Source: Harriotta raleighana (lineage: Eukaryota). Taken from it: a stretch of DNA of 64,000 bases. Both the position numbers and the translations under genes were made by a program. Positions 11,189 through 24,375 of this stretch are shown here, piece after piece. How positions within the stretch are numbered: position 1 is the first letter of the stretch; the number at the start of each line of letters is the position of its first letter. The notes beneath the pieces are model-generated. The model searched no databases and was not told the DNA's origin. It saw only the letters and a list, made by a program, of their open reading frames with translations. The stretch spans positions 22,184 through 86,183 of the forward strand of contig JBNZDD010013673.1 in the NCBI GenBank assembly GCA_050575255.1. Reading direction: 5' to 3'.

Positions 11189-14115
11189 GTACATATTCCC
11201 CAACATTGTGATTTCCCTATCTAGTAATTTAAGGATATATATAAAGATTCTGTTCCAGATAAAGACTTAAATATTTAAATTGAATCAGTAAAGTCTTATC
11301 TGGAACAGAACTTTTAACTCTCTGTTTTCTACAGCAGTGCCATGTTGTCCTTACAGTGTGGACCATCTTTTAATGTTCTTTCTTCAGTTAAAACTGAGGC
11401 TCTTATCAAAGCAATAAAAATATTCCATTGTGTTCCATTTGCACACAACTTGAATTTTTTAATATATATTATATTTATATAGCGCCTTTCACGTCAGGAG
11501 GATGTCCTGATTTGCGCACAGCGAAAGAGAGTTGCATATTTTACAATTGGTAGAAAAAAATGCTAAAGCACTAGTTAAGTATGAAACATGGTGCCAGATA
11601 GGGGAAGTGGGCTGTACTTTGAGGAGCTATGTTGGTACTCTTTTAAACAGTTGTGGATGTAACAGCAATCAGTTACTTGTTATAAAGCTGACAGAGATGC
11701 AGGAAAAGGAATATAAACATCCTATAGATTAACAGGATTCGTGGGTTTTATTATGATTTGATTCAATCGTTGAAGAAATCTTTCAGAAAGCTGGATAGAT
11801 AGAATGAGTGAGATATGCATTATTTATGGATGTATTGAAACATTCTGATGTTAACAAGTCAAATAGCTGATCTGTGTGAAATCTGAAGATCTTTAGCATA
11901 TACAGTACTTAATAATATAATTTAGTAGGTGCCTCTGCATGTAATGTAACTGTACAGACTTATCATAGAAGTAGTACACATAGAATATAATGTCAAGAAA
12001 ACCTGAAATAATGTATCTTGATTTGGAATTATCTAGGGTGAATAGTGATGGTGAATAATAAGGAAAATCTATTTTGTCTTCTCGCCCAGTTGTTTGACCC
12101 ATTCTCTACTCTGCTAGCAGAACTAGGTCAGGGTATTTTCACTTGGAATGTTGCCAACAATTTGGGTTGGATGATGGAAAGTTGAAATGTTCTGATCATC
12201 TGGCATGAAGATGTTCCATTTTATGTGGCTTATTGTCTGAAAAGAGTTGTGTGAATCCAGAAGTCATGCTTTATATTTTCACTTGAGTGGCACTGAATTG
12301 GAGATATTAGATTTGATGCACTGTAAATGCTAAGTTCCCAAGTTCTTTGAAAAAAAACAAAATTGTGTCCAAAGATACTTTGATCATCCAACTGTTTCTC
12401 AGCAATACCGAGAAAGAATACAAGATTGATAGGTATTATGCATTTTATTTTGATTTAACTCCAGGAATTTGAATGGATTATGTTCATTGATATTGAAGAA
12501 ATAGGAGGGATATTTGAAGAAATAGGAGGGATGTGATATTGGTCATCATTGTATAACATACTGTAATGTTTGCTGATAAAAGGAAATAAGTTGCGCTTTT
12601 TCAAATCATTGCAAACAAGTAATGCTGAACCAGGCAACATATCAATTTCAAAGCTAAATTTAACTATCAGCTGACCCAAGTTCATTGTTGATATCAGATA
12701 TCAGTTTGTCTGTACAAAACTCTGGTAATTTGTTGGAAATAAATAACGAGTCTTCGAGGATCTAAAATACGATTATGTTATTGCATATAGGATTTCTACT
12801 AAAATTGTGCTTAAGGCTTCACAATAGTGGGTGAAAAGCTGTGGCGTATTCAGTACCGGCTTTTATTTTCTGTAAAACAAGTCATTGGAGTTGAGGTACA
12901 GATCAGCCATGATGTTTTTGAATGGTGGAACACGCTCAATGAATGGCCTACGTCTGTTCCTATGATGTTAAAATGATGACTTTTGTGAAAAATAGATAAA
13001 CTACCCAATGAAGTTAGCCTATGTAACAATGCCCATTGATCATGAAGACACATGGCTTTGATTTTGTTGTGTTCCTGTGACATGTGCTCTCAGCAGTCTG
13101 TTGGTAGGGAGTTGACTAAGTGACTAGTCTGTGTTGTAAACACACAGTAAGTGTGCTTCCCACAACCATGGATTTAGCTTAGCCAGTGACATCCTTTCCT
13201 CTCAGCTGGAATGACAAGCTGCCTGTGAGGAATCAGTGATCAGTTTTAATGAATGCTTGAAACTGAGCTGACTATGGTGACTTTGGCATGCTTGCTAATT
13301 GATGCTTATCCTCTGATCAAAGGGCTTAATTCAGTGACAATGAGTGAAGCATGGTACATGACAGTAAGGGACCACAACTACAGCAGGAGAGATATCAAAG
13401 CAACCCGGTGACACTATCTGACACTGAGCTGTTTGTTATGATGAGCTTCAATCTATTTTCGAGTCCTATAAATTAGTGGTTAGAGCACTCAATGAGAGGG
13501 CCTGGGTTCAAATTCCAGACAGGATGAAACATTGGTCAAGTTTCCTTACTCCACAAGCCTCGGTTTACCTGGCAGTAAAAAGAGTGAATAACTAAAATGT
13601 TGGAATTGCTTAAAATCCCATCTTAATTTTTTTTTTCTGATAGAAAATAATATAAAAACAATAAAGTAATAGAAGTCCAATGATAAATAGTAGAAGAGGA
13701 TGTTAATTTGCAGTTTGTATTAAATCGTCTGTTTGTCGCCAGTAAATTAGGAAGGTGTAATACAGTATTCTGCTTGTTATTTTAACAGTAGCAAATGAGT
13801 AAATGCAGACTGATATCAGCTTTACACATTTTTTATGTCTCCTCTCAGACTTGGCCCAAGGTTTTCCAGCCATTATTGATCAGTGATGTTTTCCAAAATG
13901 CAAACGTCGTTGCAGTAAAATGGCTCAACCTCATTGCTTATCACTATGTCGGCAGGAGCAGCAGCTCTGTGAACAGTGAAGGGACTTAGGCTTTCCAGCG
14001 CTTGGTATAAGATTGAAGGAGAAATTATTTATTATCACCGTTTTAACAAAATATTAATTGTCAAGATCTTTAAAACTAAGAATGTAATGTTTAAAACATT
14101 TTAAAGCAAAATACC

Positions 14116-14430
14116 ATAGTGGTTAGCATGCTCACTTCACAAGCGAGAGGATCTGGGTTCAATTCCTGGGTGAGGGGAAATCTTAGACAAGACTCTGTTA
14201 TCCATACATCTTTACCTACCTAGCAGAAAGTAGGAACCCGGTTGTCAATTGATTGATGGATCGCTTTCCAAGGATCACTCAATCCATACTATTTGTTGGG
14301 CACTGTTGTGCACAATTGGCTGCCGAGTTTCACTCCCACAAAATATGCAGTGAATCCACTTTGGATTACATTCTGTGAACCGCTTTGAGACATCTCAAAG
14401 ACTTGATAAGGCGCTACATCAAATATAAGG
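14116..14430 (+). mobile_element. tRNA-derived SINE, diverged copy
   Basis: tagtggttagca A-box and ggttcaattcc B-box head, shared body, and the tail gctttgagac..aggcgctacatcaaat. Confidence 0.8.
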
Positions 14431-15534
14431 GTTAGTATATACCTTCACTGGATTAAAATCAAAGCAAACTTTTGCATTTTTTTCCCTCAGAAAGATGTTT
14501 TTTCTGTTTCTTGTTAAGTAAAAGTTTTTACTGTAAATTCTCCTGAGCGCCAAAACCTTTGGTGAGTAAGCGACTGATTATACTCAGTGGGTGCAACATC
14601 TTTATACCATCTGTGAATATCCTTCTGCCAGTGCCAGCTTAACGTCAAACGTTGCAAAACTGTTTTAGCTGTTCTGTGAAGATATGTTGATTGCAATTCA
14701 AAGCTTGTGTATGTGCATACAAAATCATTTTACACAGGGCTATGTTGATTCCAAACCTCTACACACCCCTGTAAGAAGGAGACGCAGTGAAGGTTTAAAA
14801 CTGAGATCAAAACATGAAGCAGAGAAAGGCTATTCTTATTTAAGCAAATATCTCCTCCGATAATCCATTCAGCACACGCCAAACATAGAAGTGGGCAGAT
14901 TTTAAATTCTACACCATCAGTGGCATTAATTCATTTAAAAAATACCAACTCCCCAGAAATAAAAAGTAATCGTTCAGCTACTTAAAATTCTTTGAAAATT
15001 GTGACAGACGTGATAAATTAGCTGCAGAGGGAGGGAAAAATGAATGAGGAGAGAGGCCATAGATTGTGTTCAATATAAAATAGAAAATATTTGACATCTT
15101 GTTAAAAAAATACTTCCAGGTCAAATGAACAAGAGCATCAGGAATAGCATAGAATAAGATGCAATACCCATTGCTTTTGCGTGACCAATCTCTGATAGTT
15201 CTGAATGAATAAAAACAGACAGTATGTTGGAGATTTGACACAGACACACACGTCAGGAATATGCAGTGTGCAATAAAATAATTTTTTTCAGAGTCAATCC
15301 CCCATAGATTGATAACTTGTCTTAAATTTTATAAACAAAAAAAGTTAAGATTTTATAGCTTTTTAAGCTGTGTTCCATAAGACGATTTTATTCACCTTAA
15401 AGCAGGTGACTGTCAAAAGCTTCTCTCTATTGATGGGGTGGACATCAAGGTGAGAACTGATTGCATTCGGAGTTCACATAAATCACCATCGCAAGTAGTT
15501 TAATCTTTCTACACTTTCTCTCGTTTCTTTGTAG

Positions 15535-15593
15535 GTGAAACAACCGAACACTGACTGGCGTCACTCACAGGCTCATCGAGTGGAAGTGAATAG
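15535..15593 (+). CDS. Protocadherin constant exon 1 (59 nt, phase 0 to 2): VKQPNTDWRHSQAHRVEVN(S)
   Basis: tttctttgtag| acceptor and |gtaact donor. PNTDWRxSQ matches Pcdh-gamma constant exon 1 (QAPPNTDWRFSQAQR), and 59 nt is the known length of that exon. Confidence 0.93.
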
Positions 15594-17299
15594 GTAACTT
15601 CATTTTCCTTCCTGTGCGAATGTTGGCTTTAGGTGTGTTCAGTTAACTCTGTGTATGCATTGAACATTTTTTATTGGTACAACTAACCCTCCCATGGGTT
15701 TCTGTGCGTGCTAACCATCCTCTAAATTCTTGTCTTCATTCTGATCCAAGTCTTATAATCACCACAGGCCATCTCATCAATGTTTGTGGGGCACCGCTCT
15801 GCAAAATTGCGTGCCGCGTTTCACCCACAAAATTCAGACTACTCAGATTCCTTATCAAAAAATCCTCTTAAGAAATCTCACATATTAGACCCAGTACATC
15901 TTCAGAATCATAACCCGCTTTGCACAGTCTATCATTTTTGGCCATTTCATTGACGTGTCACCTTTGGAGAAACATCCATTGCAATTTAACCTGATAAAAA
16001 TCACTTTGAGTTTGGATCGAGATTATCCGAACTGAGTACAATATAACATAATCCTCTCATGATTTTAGATGGAGCAAGGTCTCCAATCGGTTTATGTGCC
16101 AGTGACAAATTATTATTCCTTTGCATGAAACAAGTTTTGATTCAGAGCTGCAATCGGCTGTCTGTTTACATTAGATGCTTCCGAGAGGCACAAATGCAGA
16201 GGATAATTCACCTGGGGGGATAAAGTGGCACCACTGAAGTTAAAGTTTGATCCCACTGAAAACACATACCCCCACCATCCCTTCTGCTTAGGCAGTCACT
16301 GTGATTCAAATCCCCTGAAGTAACATGCAAAGTTATTGCAAAGTGCAGGCGGGAAGACTGAAGTACTGTACTGAGAAGCAATGAAACATCAGCAATAAAT
16401 CAACGAAATACACAGTCAAAACACTTCACAGAATATTCTGTAAAGCGCTTTGAGATGTCTTGAATATATGATAAGGCACTGTATCAAATGCAAAGATTAT
16501 TATTAAATATAGATTTAAACTGTTTCTTTAGTCAAAGGTTAGTCTGATTCTCCACATTGAGAACAGAATTAGTTTCTTTTCATGAGCGACTGATATATTG
16601 TGTGATATCAGCTGGCACATCTTCAAGAATGGAATATTAGAATTTGCACGGTGGCAGATTTGCCAGTTAAGCTTTTCATTTAGATAACTAACCATTCTAT
16701 GATTGCCGACACGCGCTCATGTTATTACCCGCTATATTTGCTCAATGACTGGTGTACCTGCATCTACTCATAGGCCAGGCAAATCAAATTAACCACAGTA
16801 TGGATGGAACAGGGATGACTTGTGTCTTTTTAGGCCATGTTTGTGTTGCATCTTAATTTGCTCTGTAGGTACCTAAATGACCATTGATAGTCTCATTTTC
16901 AGCCCCTCTACCCTTTACACTCTCGCCCAATCCCTCCATCTTGTATCCTCTTTCCTCATCTTCAGATTGGCGCCTGAAGGCATTGCTCTGCAACCGTGCT
17001 TATGGTCACTCCCCCTGCGTACATTACCATTACCAAGCGCTCTGGTACACTAACCTGCATGAGCAGCGCTATATAAATCCAAGGTGTTGTCCTCCTGTTG
17101 CCTTGGGTGTTCAACACTGGTTGCCTGGAGTATCTAAAGTTGAATTACAATTGATCGTTCACTTAAAACATTAAACTTTTGGAGAAACTGAAGCTCATTG
17201 GATGGGTCAGTTCAGATGGTGTCTCCGTCTCCATCTCTCTGTCTCTCCGCTGCTCTCATTCATGATGCTTTAGTGAGTGTCCACCTATTCCTTCCGCAG

Positions 17300-17553
17300 T
17301 TCCCAGTATTTGGAGGAGGAAGTTGTGCAGAGAGATGTGCAGAGAGAGGCGCAGAGGGAGGCACAGCGAGACGCACAGCGAGACGCACAAAGAGACGCAC
17401 AACGAGACGCACAGCGAGATGCACAGAGAGATACCCAGCGTGAAGTGCAATGCGAAGTGCAGCATAACGTGCAGAGTGACGTGCCCCGGGAGTTGGAGAA
17501 AGATCCTGGTGTTCAGCGGAGAGCCGTTCCTGCAAAACCCACAGCCCACCCTG
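17300..17553 (+). CDS. Protocadherin constant exon 2 (254 nt, phase 2 to 1) containing a tetrapeptide repeat
   Basis: ttccttccgcag| acceptor and G|gtcagt donor. It continues the frame as SQYLEEEVV(QRxx)n...EKDPGVQRRAVPAKPTAHP. It starts with SQ and has the same phases as gamma constant exon 2. Confidence 0.85.
17328..17483 (+). repeat. Coding 12-bp minisatellite, 13 units of about CAGCGAGACGCA
   Basis: Units read directly as QRDV QREA QREA QRDA x5 QRDT QREV QCEV QHNV QSDV. Confidence 0.95.
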
Positions 17554-20500
17554 GTCAGTGCGGGTCAGGGCAAAACGAACACAACACATAGTAATTGAGA
17601 TTGATTTTTATAGGAACGTAGGAACATAGCAGTTGGCCATTTGTGTGTTGGTGCTGGCTGTGTAATTATCAAAGGAATTGATACAAGTTTTTGAAGTGAA
17701 ATAATAGCTGAAAGGGGCAAAATACAATGAATTGGGATTAGAGGAGATAGATCTTGGAGAGGAGCGAGCACCAGGACGGATAGCATAAAGGACTGAATTT
17801 AACATGCTGTAATTTCTGTACGGGCCTTCGTGAGACTTACACCAGTAATGAAGAAAGGTACAGAAGTCAATTGAGTTTAGCGGAGTGTAAAATTTAACAG
17901 ACTAATTTCAGAAATTAAGACACAGGCTCATTTTCAGAACTCAAATAGAACAAAGAGCACAAGTTGTATTTATGGGTTGCGTACTAGTCTCAAATAATGT
18001 GTGTGTATTTTACTGAAAGCACATAAGTTTGCATTACAGTGTTCTCTTGCGGTGTTTCCATAACCCATGCCTGAGCTATGTGTGACAATAGCAAAGCTAT
18101 CCATCTAATTTGTGGATTGCTTCCAGAATTTAAGCGTGCATTTGTCTTATCCAATGTGTCTATGTGGCAACGCAGTCATCTTTTATGAGTGGTTTAATAT
18201 ACTCCTAGCGTTTTTCTCCAATGTATTGATGAGTAACTCCCGATGTCTCGGTTGGTAAGTATGTTTTCCAGTGTTGTACACATCCATGAGGAGGAGTGAC
18301 CGAGGTTGGATTCTCAGTCTGTGCGGAATGAGCTGATCTCAAATATTGGCTTGAGGTTGAGCTAAGAAAGTGACCATCATCCACATTTCCTATCCTAGAT
18401 GGTATCCAAAGACTGTCTTCCCCTTTTCCTTCCACATAGTGTGAGGTCTGATGTGGGCTCAGCTGAGATCCATTCACCCCCTATGGTGGAATAGACCGTT
18501 GGCAATATCTAAGGTCAAATGTCTGCTGGACTAAGGTACTGGTATTGGCATGGATATGTACACCAATAAGGGCTTGAGGAAGTGCTGGGAGAAAATTATG
18601 ATTGTGAAAGAACCAGAAAACGTAAGCTTTAATTTATGAATTGATGAACCGCAGAGATCCGTCTTCCAAATTGACGTCCAACATGAAGAATCATTCCTAA
18701 TTGATAAAATTTTAATTTTAAATAAAAAATTTAAATCCTAAATTTAAAATTTTTAATCTTAAATTTAAATCTTAGATTTTTAGAGAAATATAACTCGCAG
18801 GCTAAGGTGAGATAGAATTTCGATGCTCTGATTCTAATACTATTTCAATTGCCCAAGTTACTGTGAAACTGAATTCTGTGTGAAAGCCCGGAACTGTCTG
18901 TGTGGTGGTGCCTGAGGGAAATACGTGCTGGTTTTTTTTTACTGAGTGGGGGAAGGATGATGTTGCTGCATACAGAGTCTAAGCATTGAGATGCGTTGTT
19001 GAACAGTATAACCTCAGCCACTGCAGTTCCATTCATTGATACATTTATGAATAATTAGTTTGTGTTATATTCAAACATCTGGCAAAGTGTTAAACTGATT
19101 CATGGATGCTTGTGAACAGAATACAAATCTGAGAACACCACAGAGCTCTCTCTCTCACTCGCTCTTCATCTCAATGTGATTTTCTTGAATCTATCAACAC
19201 AAATTCAGTGGCGTTTCCAACATCAATCGTTTGCTTGTCTAGACAAATTATCCTTCTAGGCAGCGTTGAACCGATTTGTTCTCATACTTCAAACATTTAA
19301 ATCCTCTTTAGAGGAGCTCTGGATCATGTGCTGGTCTATGCCAGCTCAACTGTTTATGTTGCTTTTACTGTAATTATAATTTGCATCAGTTACCCACACA
19401 AATCTCTTCTCAAGATGCTTTGGTCTGATTGGCACCATTTACTTTGAGGCCCATTATGAACCATTACTGGAACCAATCGGAGGAGGTAATAACTTGGGGA
19501 GAAAGTGTTCAGCTCGCTTTCCTTTTTTGGGGTGGGGGGTTGTTGGTGGTGGTGGGTGAGTGGGAGAGAGAAAGAAATGTAATCCATAAGGGCAGAACAC
19601 TAACATAGAGTGAATTAAAAAAAAGAGTGTGGTATACACCCAATCTTATTCTTCTTCAAATATTAAAAAGGAATATTCCCTTAAAAAGATATTGTGGTCA
19701 CTCAATCAAGAGTTGTTTGTGGGACGTTGCTGTGCACAATTGACTGCTGCATTTTTCCTACAAAATATGGAGTTACTAAACTTTACAGTATATTCTGTGA
19801 AGCATTTTGAGACATCTCCACAATGTGAGTAGGTGCTTTTCCCAGTCTCAATTGGTGTTGGAATCAATATGGAACTGAGCAAAATACTGGGACTTGCGAA
19901 ATCTCACTTTTGACCCCAGTGCTTCCAAGTTTTGACAGGAAACAGCAGGAATTTGGCTGCCATTTACATCAGTCACCTCCTGGTGGAAATTGAAAGTATG
20001 GACATTACATCAGGACAAGCTGCGCTTTGCTGTAACTACAAAGAGATTGTTTCCTCCACATCCTCTCAATTGGGATGTTTCCATGTCGAAAGCCTTGGAC
20101 TGAAAAGAAAGCTATTTTTGGTGGGGGTGGAGTTAGAAAATGGATTAATTCACTGAGTCACAGACCCTATTAGCGGATCCAGGTAGATGCCTCTCGCAGT
20201 TCAGACTGGAGTGTTTATTTCAGCCTGGATGTCGCAAGTGTTTAGTCAGACGCGATTAAGTTTCTGCACAAGTTGAATCTCTCATGGATAGACAAGCAGT
20301 GAATAGGGATGCAGTCAAAATCCAGCATTGTTTTGGCACGTGCTCTGCCAACCCTGTTATAAATTATAAACTCTTCAGCCCTTGACATCCATCTACTAAT
20401 TTGGAAAGCTACTTTTGCTGCAAGCAATTTAATGTCAATTAGACGGTATCACACCAAAATGAGTCCACACTCCTACCCTCTCCGCCCATAATCACAAGCC

Positions 20501-20838
20501 AAACCATAGCATTAACCCTCAAAGCAGAGTCTTTCTGCAGCGTTACAATCTTTGTGATGTTCATACTTATTCCGCACGCTAAGGGTTAACAGCTGTATTT
20601 GGGAAACTTTCTCCCCAGTGCTTTGTACACCCCAGTGGTGTGAGAGTGTATGACACATTCATTTCAGTTGCCATGTTCTGAGTGTTTTCTTAAATCCGAA
20701 TTCCAAATCGTTACAAAGCAAACTCAGAAAAGTTGAAAAAAGTTCAACAACAATGCCCATTTCAAAACACCCTAATTGTGCTTTGATATATTGGCCTTGA
20801 ATCTTTCTATTAGCCCTTTCTCCACCTCACCTCTCCCC

Positions 20839-21249
20839 NNNNNNNNNNNNNNNNNNNNNNNNNNNNNNNNNNNNNNNNNNNNNNNNNNNNNNNNNNNNNN
20901 NNNNNNNNNNNNNNNNNNNNNNNNNNNNNNNNNNNNNNNNNNNNNNNNNNNNNNNNNNNNNNNNNNNNNNNNNNNNNNNNNNNNNNNNNNNNNNNNNNNN
21001 NNNNNNNNNNNNNNNNNNNNNNNNNNNNNNNNNNNNNNNNNNNNNNNNNNNNNNNNNNNNNNNNNNNNNNNNNNNNNNNNNNNNNNNNNNNNNNNNNNNN
21101 NNNNNNNNNNNNNNNNNNNNNNNNNNNNNNNNNNNNNNNNNNNNNNNNNNNNNNNNNNNNNNNNNNNNNNNNNNNNNNNNNNNNNNNNNNNNNNNNNNNN
21201 NNNNNNNNNNNNNNNNNNNNNNNNNNNNNNNNNNNNNNNNNNNNNNNNN
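20839..21249. other. Assembly gap (411 N)
   Basis: Run of N. Confidence 1.
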
Positions 21250-21845
21250 CCGCTCTGTGTTTCTCTGACTGATTAAACAATCCAATATTTAATTTCAATA
21301 TAACAAGAACAATTGATGCCGCCTATTAGAGTTTAGGACAATGTGAACCACTTGACTGGTGCAATGTTATTTATTGCGTAGAATGAGGTTGAAGTAAAAA
21401 AAAGCTTGGATAGGGTTGAAAGGGAATGAAGAAAGATCAAGCGATAGTTCTGTACAACAAACAGTTTCCATTAGAAGGGCCAAGAGTGGCGCTTGGAGGA
21501 GAAATAAATGATAGTTTTTATGTCGTGTTTCTTTAGAATTCTTAACAAAGCTACAGCAGTTTTGCAGTGAGGATATTAAATTGTTTTTAATGACTTGAAG
21601 TTAAGGCATGACATTGAGTCAATGCTTATATGATCTTGGCATTGATATGAGAGGCTGAGCTCATGGAACCTTCCTGGAACCCTAGTTATTTTGTAATTCT
21701 GAGAGAGGGATCTGGCGTGCAAGTAAGTTACGATTCGAGAAAGTCAACTCACCAGTTTTGAAATGTATCGCTGTCTGGTGATCTTTCCTGCTGCTTGTCC
21801 AGCTAGGACCACCCCCTCTCTACTGCTTATTGCTTTGACTTGAAG

Positions 21846-22170
21846 GGTTATCTAGAGCTGGTCGGGAGGATTTCCTTCCACCCACCCCCAACCAGACAGA
21901 CTGGTCTGTACTCCCAGGAACTACCAATGAGCCAGGCTGGACTATTCTATCGCCCGCAATGCCCTGGAGTACTACGGACCCACCTGGCTCAGGAACCAGA
22001 CTATTGATACTGCCACAGACAGCTGGCTCGATTCTGTCATTCCATTGCCAAACTTGCCACCTTGGAATCAGTTCAGCTCGAAGGAGACCCCACCACACCC
22101 AAGGAGGATAGTCACTCGTTGATTGTTCAACATTTGATAAGCACAGATTTGAGGCCTCACTAGGCGAGAG
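21846..22170 (+). other. Candidate alternative or degenerate constant exon
   Basis: GC-richer block between a weak acceptor (ttgacttgaag|) and AG|gtaaca. The phase-1 frame reads GLSRAGREDFLPPTP...EPGWTIL..., echoing AGREGWTI of exon 28123, with one TAG at 22109. Confidence 0.35.
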
Positions 22171-24034
22171 GTAACATTGGTTTGAAACATTGGAGTAAAA
22201 TTTCAATTAGCAAAGTGGGGACGTAGAGGCAGAATGTTTGGGGAAAGAGGAATATGATCTCCGTGACCCAGAAAAAAAGTCACAATGTGTTAATTAGCAC
22301 AAGGAGTGGGTTAAGAAACTGCAGCAAGATAACAGGAAATAGCAATATTCCACCGCCAGATTTTCTGGAGTGTTTGACTCTCCAACTCTATAATTACGAT
22401 CTCAAGTTCCCTTTTGGAATCATAATTTTGATTTCATTTTCTAAAGAAGACTCCAGTAAATAATCCCGAAAGGTTTCATGTTAAAAAGAAACGGCATTTA
22501 TTCTTCTTGAGCACATTCAGACTGCCTTTCAGTGTTTGAAGTTATTTCTGTTTCATCCAATGATGGCCTGGATCATTTCACCGTAACCGCGTGTTATTTT
22601 TATAAAGAAGAAAAAAAATCTGCAGTTTGCTCGTGTCTGCAGTTCTCCTGATGTGAATGTCAACATCTGGGATTTAAAGCAAAGAAGGGACTTCATGTTA
22701 ACACTTAATGTGCCTGTCAGTGCCATCTGTTTCTAGGACAGATTTTACCACCCACAAAACAAACGTGAATATTAAAGTACTAAATGTACAGCAGAACAAT
22801 AAAGAATCCCTACGTTTGACACAGTGCCTTGCCTATCAGAGGGACATCTGAAAGTGTTTCACGGGACAGCCTGTAAAGTGCAGTGACTGTTCTGTAGGCA
22901 AATTTAAATATCAGGCAAAATTAGTACTTTTCGAAAAGAACCGGCTTCTAAATCGAGACGGAATTTAACAATTTCTTCATAATAGTAGAAAATTTTAAGA
23001 GATTGATGTTCAGGCTAGGATTTTATAGAATTTCAGTCCTCAGGTTACAATAGCGCACCACCAATTGGCTATGCTACACAAAAACAAAACCCACACTCCT
23101 TCCCTTCATTGACTATTATGAGCAGACATAGTCAACCTGTCCTCTTTCTTTGAAAGGCAGACACAATGATCTGAATGCCATGTCCTATCCTATCTTATCC
23201 TATCCCAGACTCAATCCACTGGAGTTTATATAGAGCCATAATTTAATGTATTTTAATATAGCAATATAATTCAAATACCCTGCATTTTAGTTAGAGTGAG
23301 TATTGGAACTGTTGATGTTTCATCCCTTTGCAGCTTTCCTCTCCTCTCTCTGTTTGGTGAACACAGAATGGAGACAATGTGACTCAGTATTAAACAGCAG
23401 ATGTGCTTTAAGAAAAATCCCCTTCCTACCCCCACCCCCAAAACCCTCCCTCACATACACACACTCCTTCCTCCCTAATGCCAGCAAAATCTCTCTTGCT
23501 TCACTTAAGTAATTATCCCCTGGGCTTTGTGGATGCTGGATTTCATCAAATCCTGGCTGTCTCGAAACGATGGGTTCTGCAAATCTAATAATGTGGGAAT
23601 CTGCTGGGATGACTAGCAGTTCTAGAGTAGAAAGAGCTTTGTTACTCTTTAAATCTTTTAAACTGGAGGTGGGTTCCCAGTGCTGAAGACATCATACTGC
23701 ACATAATGCAGCAGAACGTCCCAAATAAACCTCAGGACAATATTTACTGCGCACATGATTGTCTATTCAATTCCTGTCCTGTGTTCAAAATAAATCCAGC
23801 CACAGCCTTCATTCTCTGGAGCCAGTGTTTATCATTGACTGGTGGAGCCGCAGAATGAATCACCACAGAGACAGAGCAGTCAGTCGAGGGCTCATGTGAC
23901 TGACTGTAAATCCGTTAGCATTCATAGGGTTTCTGAGAATCTGACCTGCTCTGCCTCACAATGATCACTGGTTGTGAGAGTTAGCATTCTAGACTCCTCT
24001 GCAGCGAAAGCACGTAGCGAGTTATTTTCCAATC

Positions 24035-24375
24035 CGGTCCTGTAGCGTAGAACTGTGGCCTTGAAAGCGAGACGACCCGGGTTTGTTACATAAGCAAGGC
24101 CAAATGTTGGCAAGTGTCCTTATTCCACATGCACTCCACAGTTTTATCTAGCACTAAGTAGCTGTTTGTTGGTCGATTGGCAGACCACTTTCTGGGAGAA
24201 ATAATCTACATTGTTTTTTATAGTTTGCTCACTGTTTGTATTACACTGGTAATTGCAGTGGTTGCCGTGTTTCACTCACAAAATACGCAGTCAATTCACT
24301 TTACAATATATTCCATGAAGACTTTGAGATGTCTCAATGATACAGTAAGGTGCTATATCAAATGCAATGTTCTTC
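24035..24375 (+). mobile_element. tRNA-derived SINE, diverged copy
   Basis: gtcctgtagcgtag head, shared body, and the tail aaggtgctatatcaaatgcaa. Confidence 0.75.

Noticed and set aside
17328-17483. Periodic repeat as a CRISPR-like array
   Set aside because: It is a contiguous 12-bp tandem repeat without spacers, in a eukaryotic coding exon.
17766-17788. REST/NRSE-like site (agcacc..ggatag)
   Set aside because: Wrong half-site spacing and mismatches.
20776-21298. Long ORFs in the track
   Set aside because: They are translations of the N gap.
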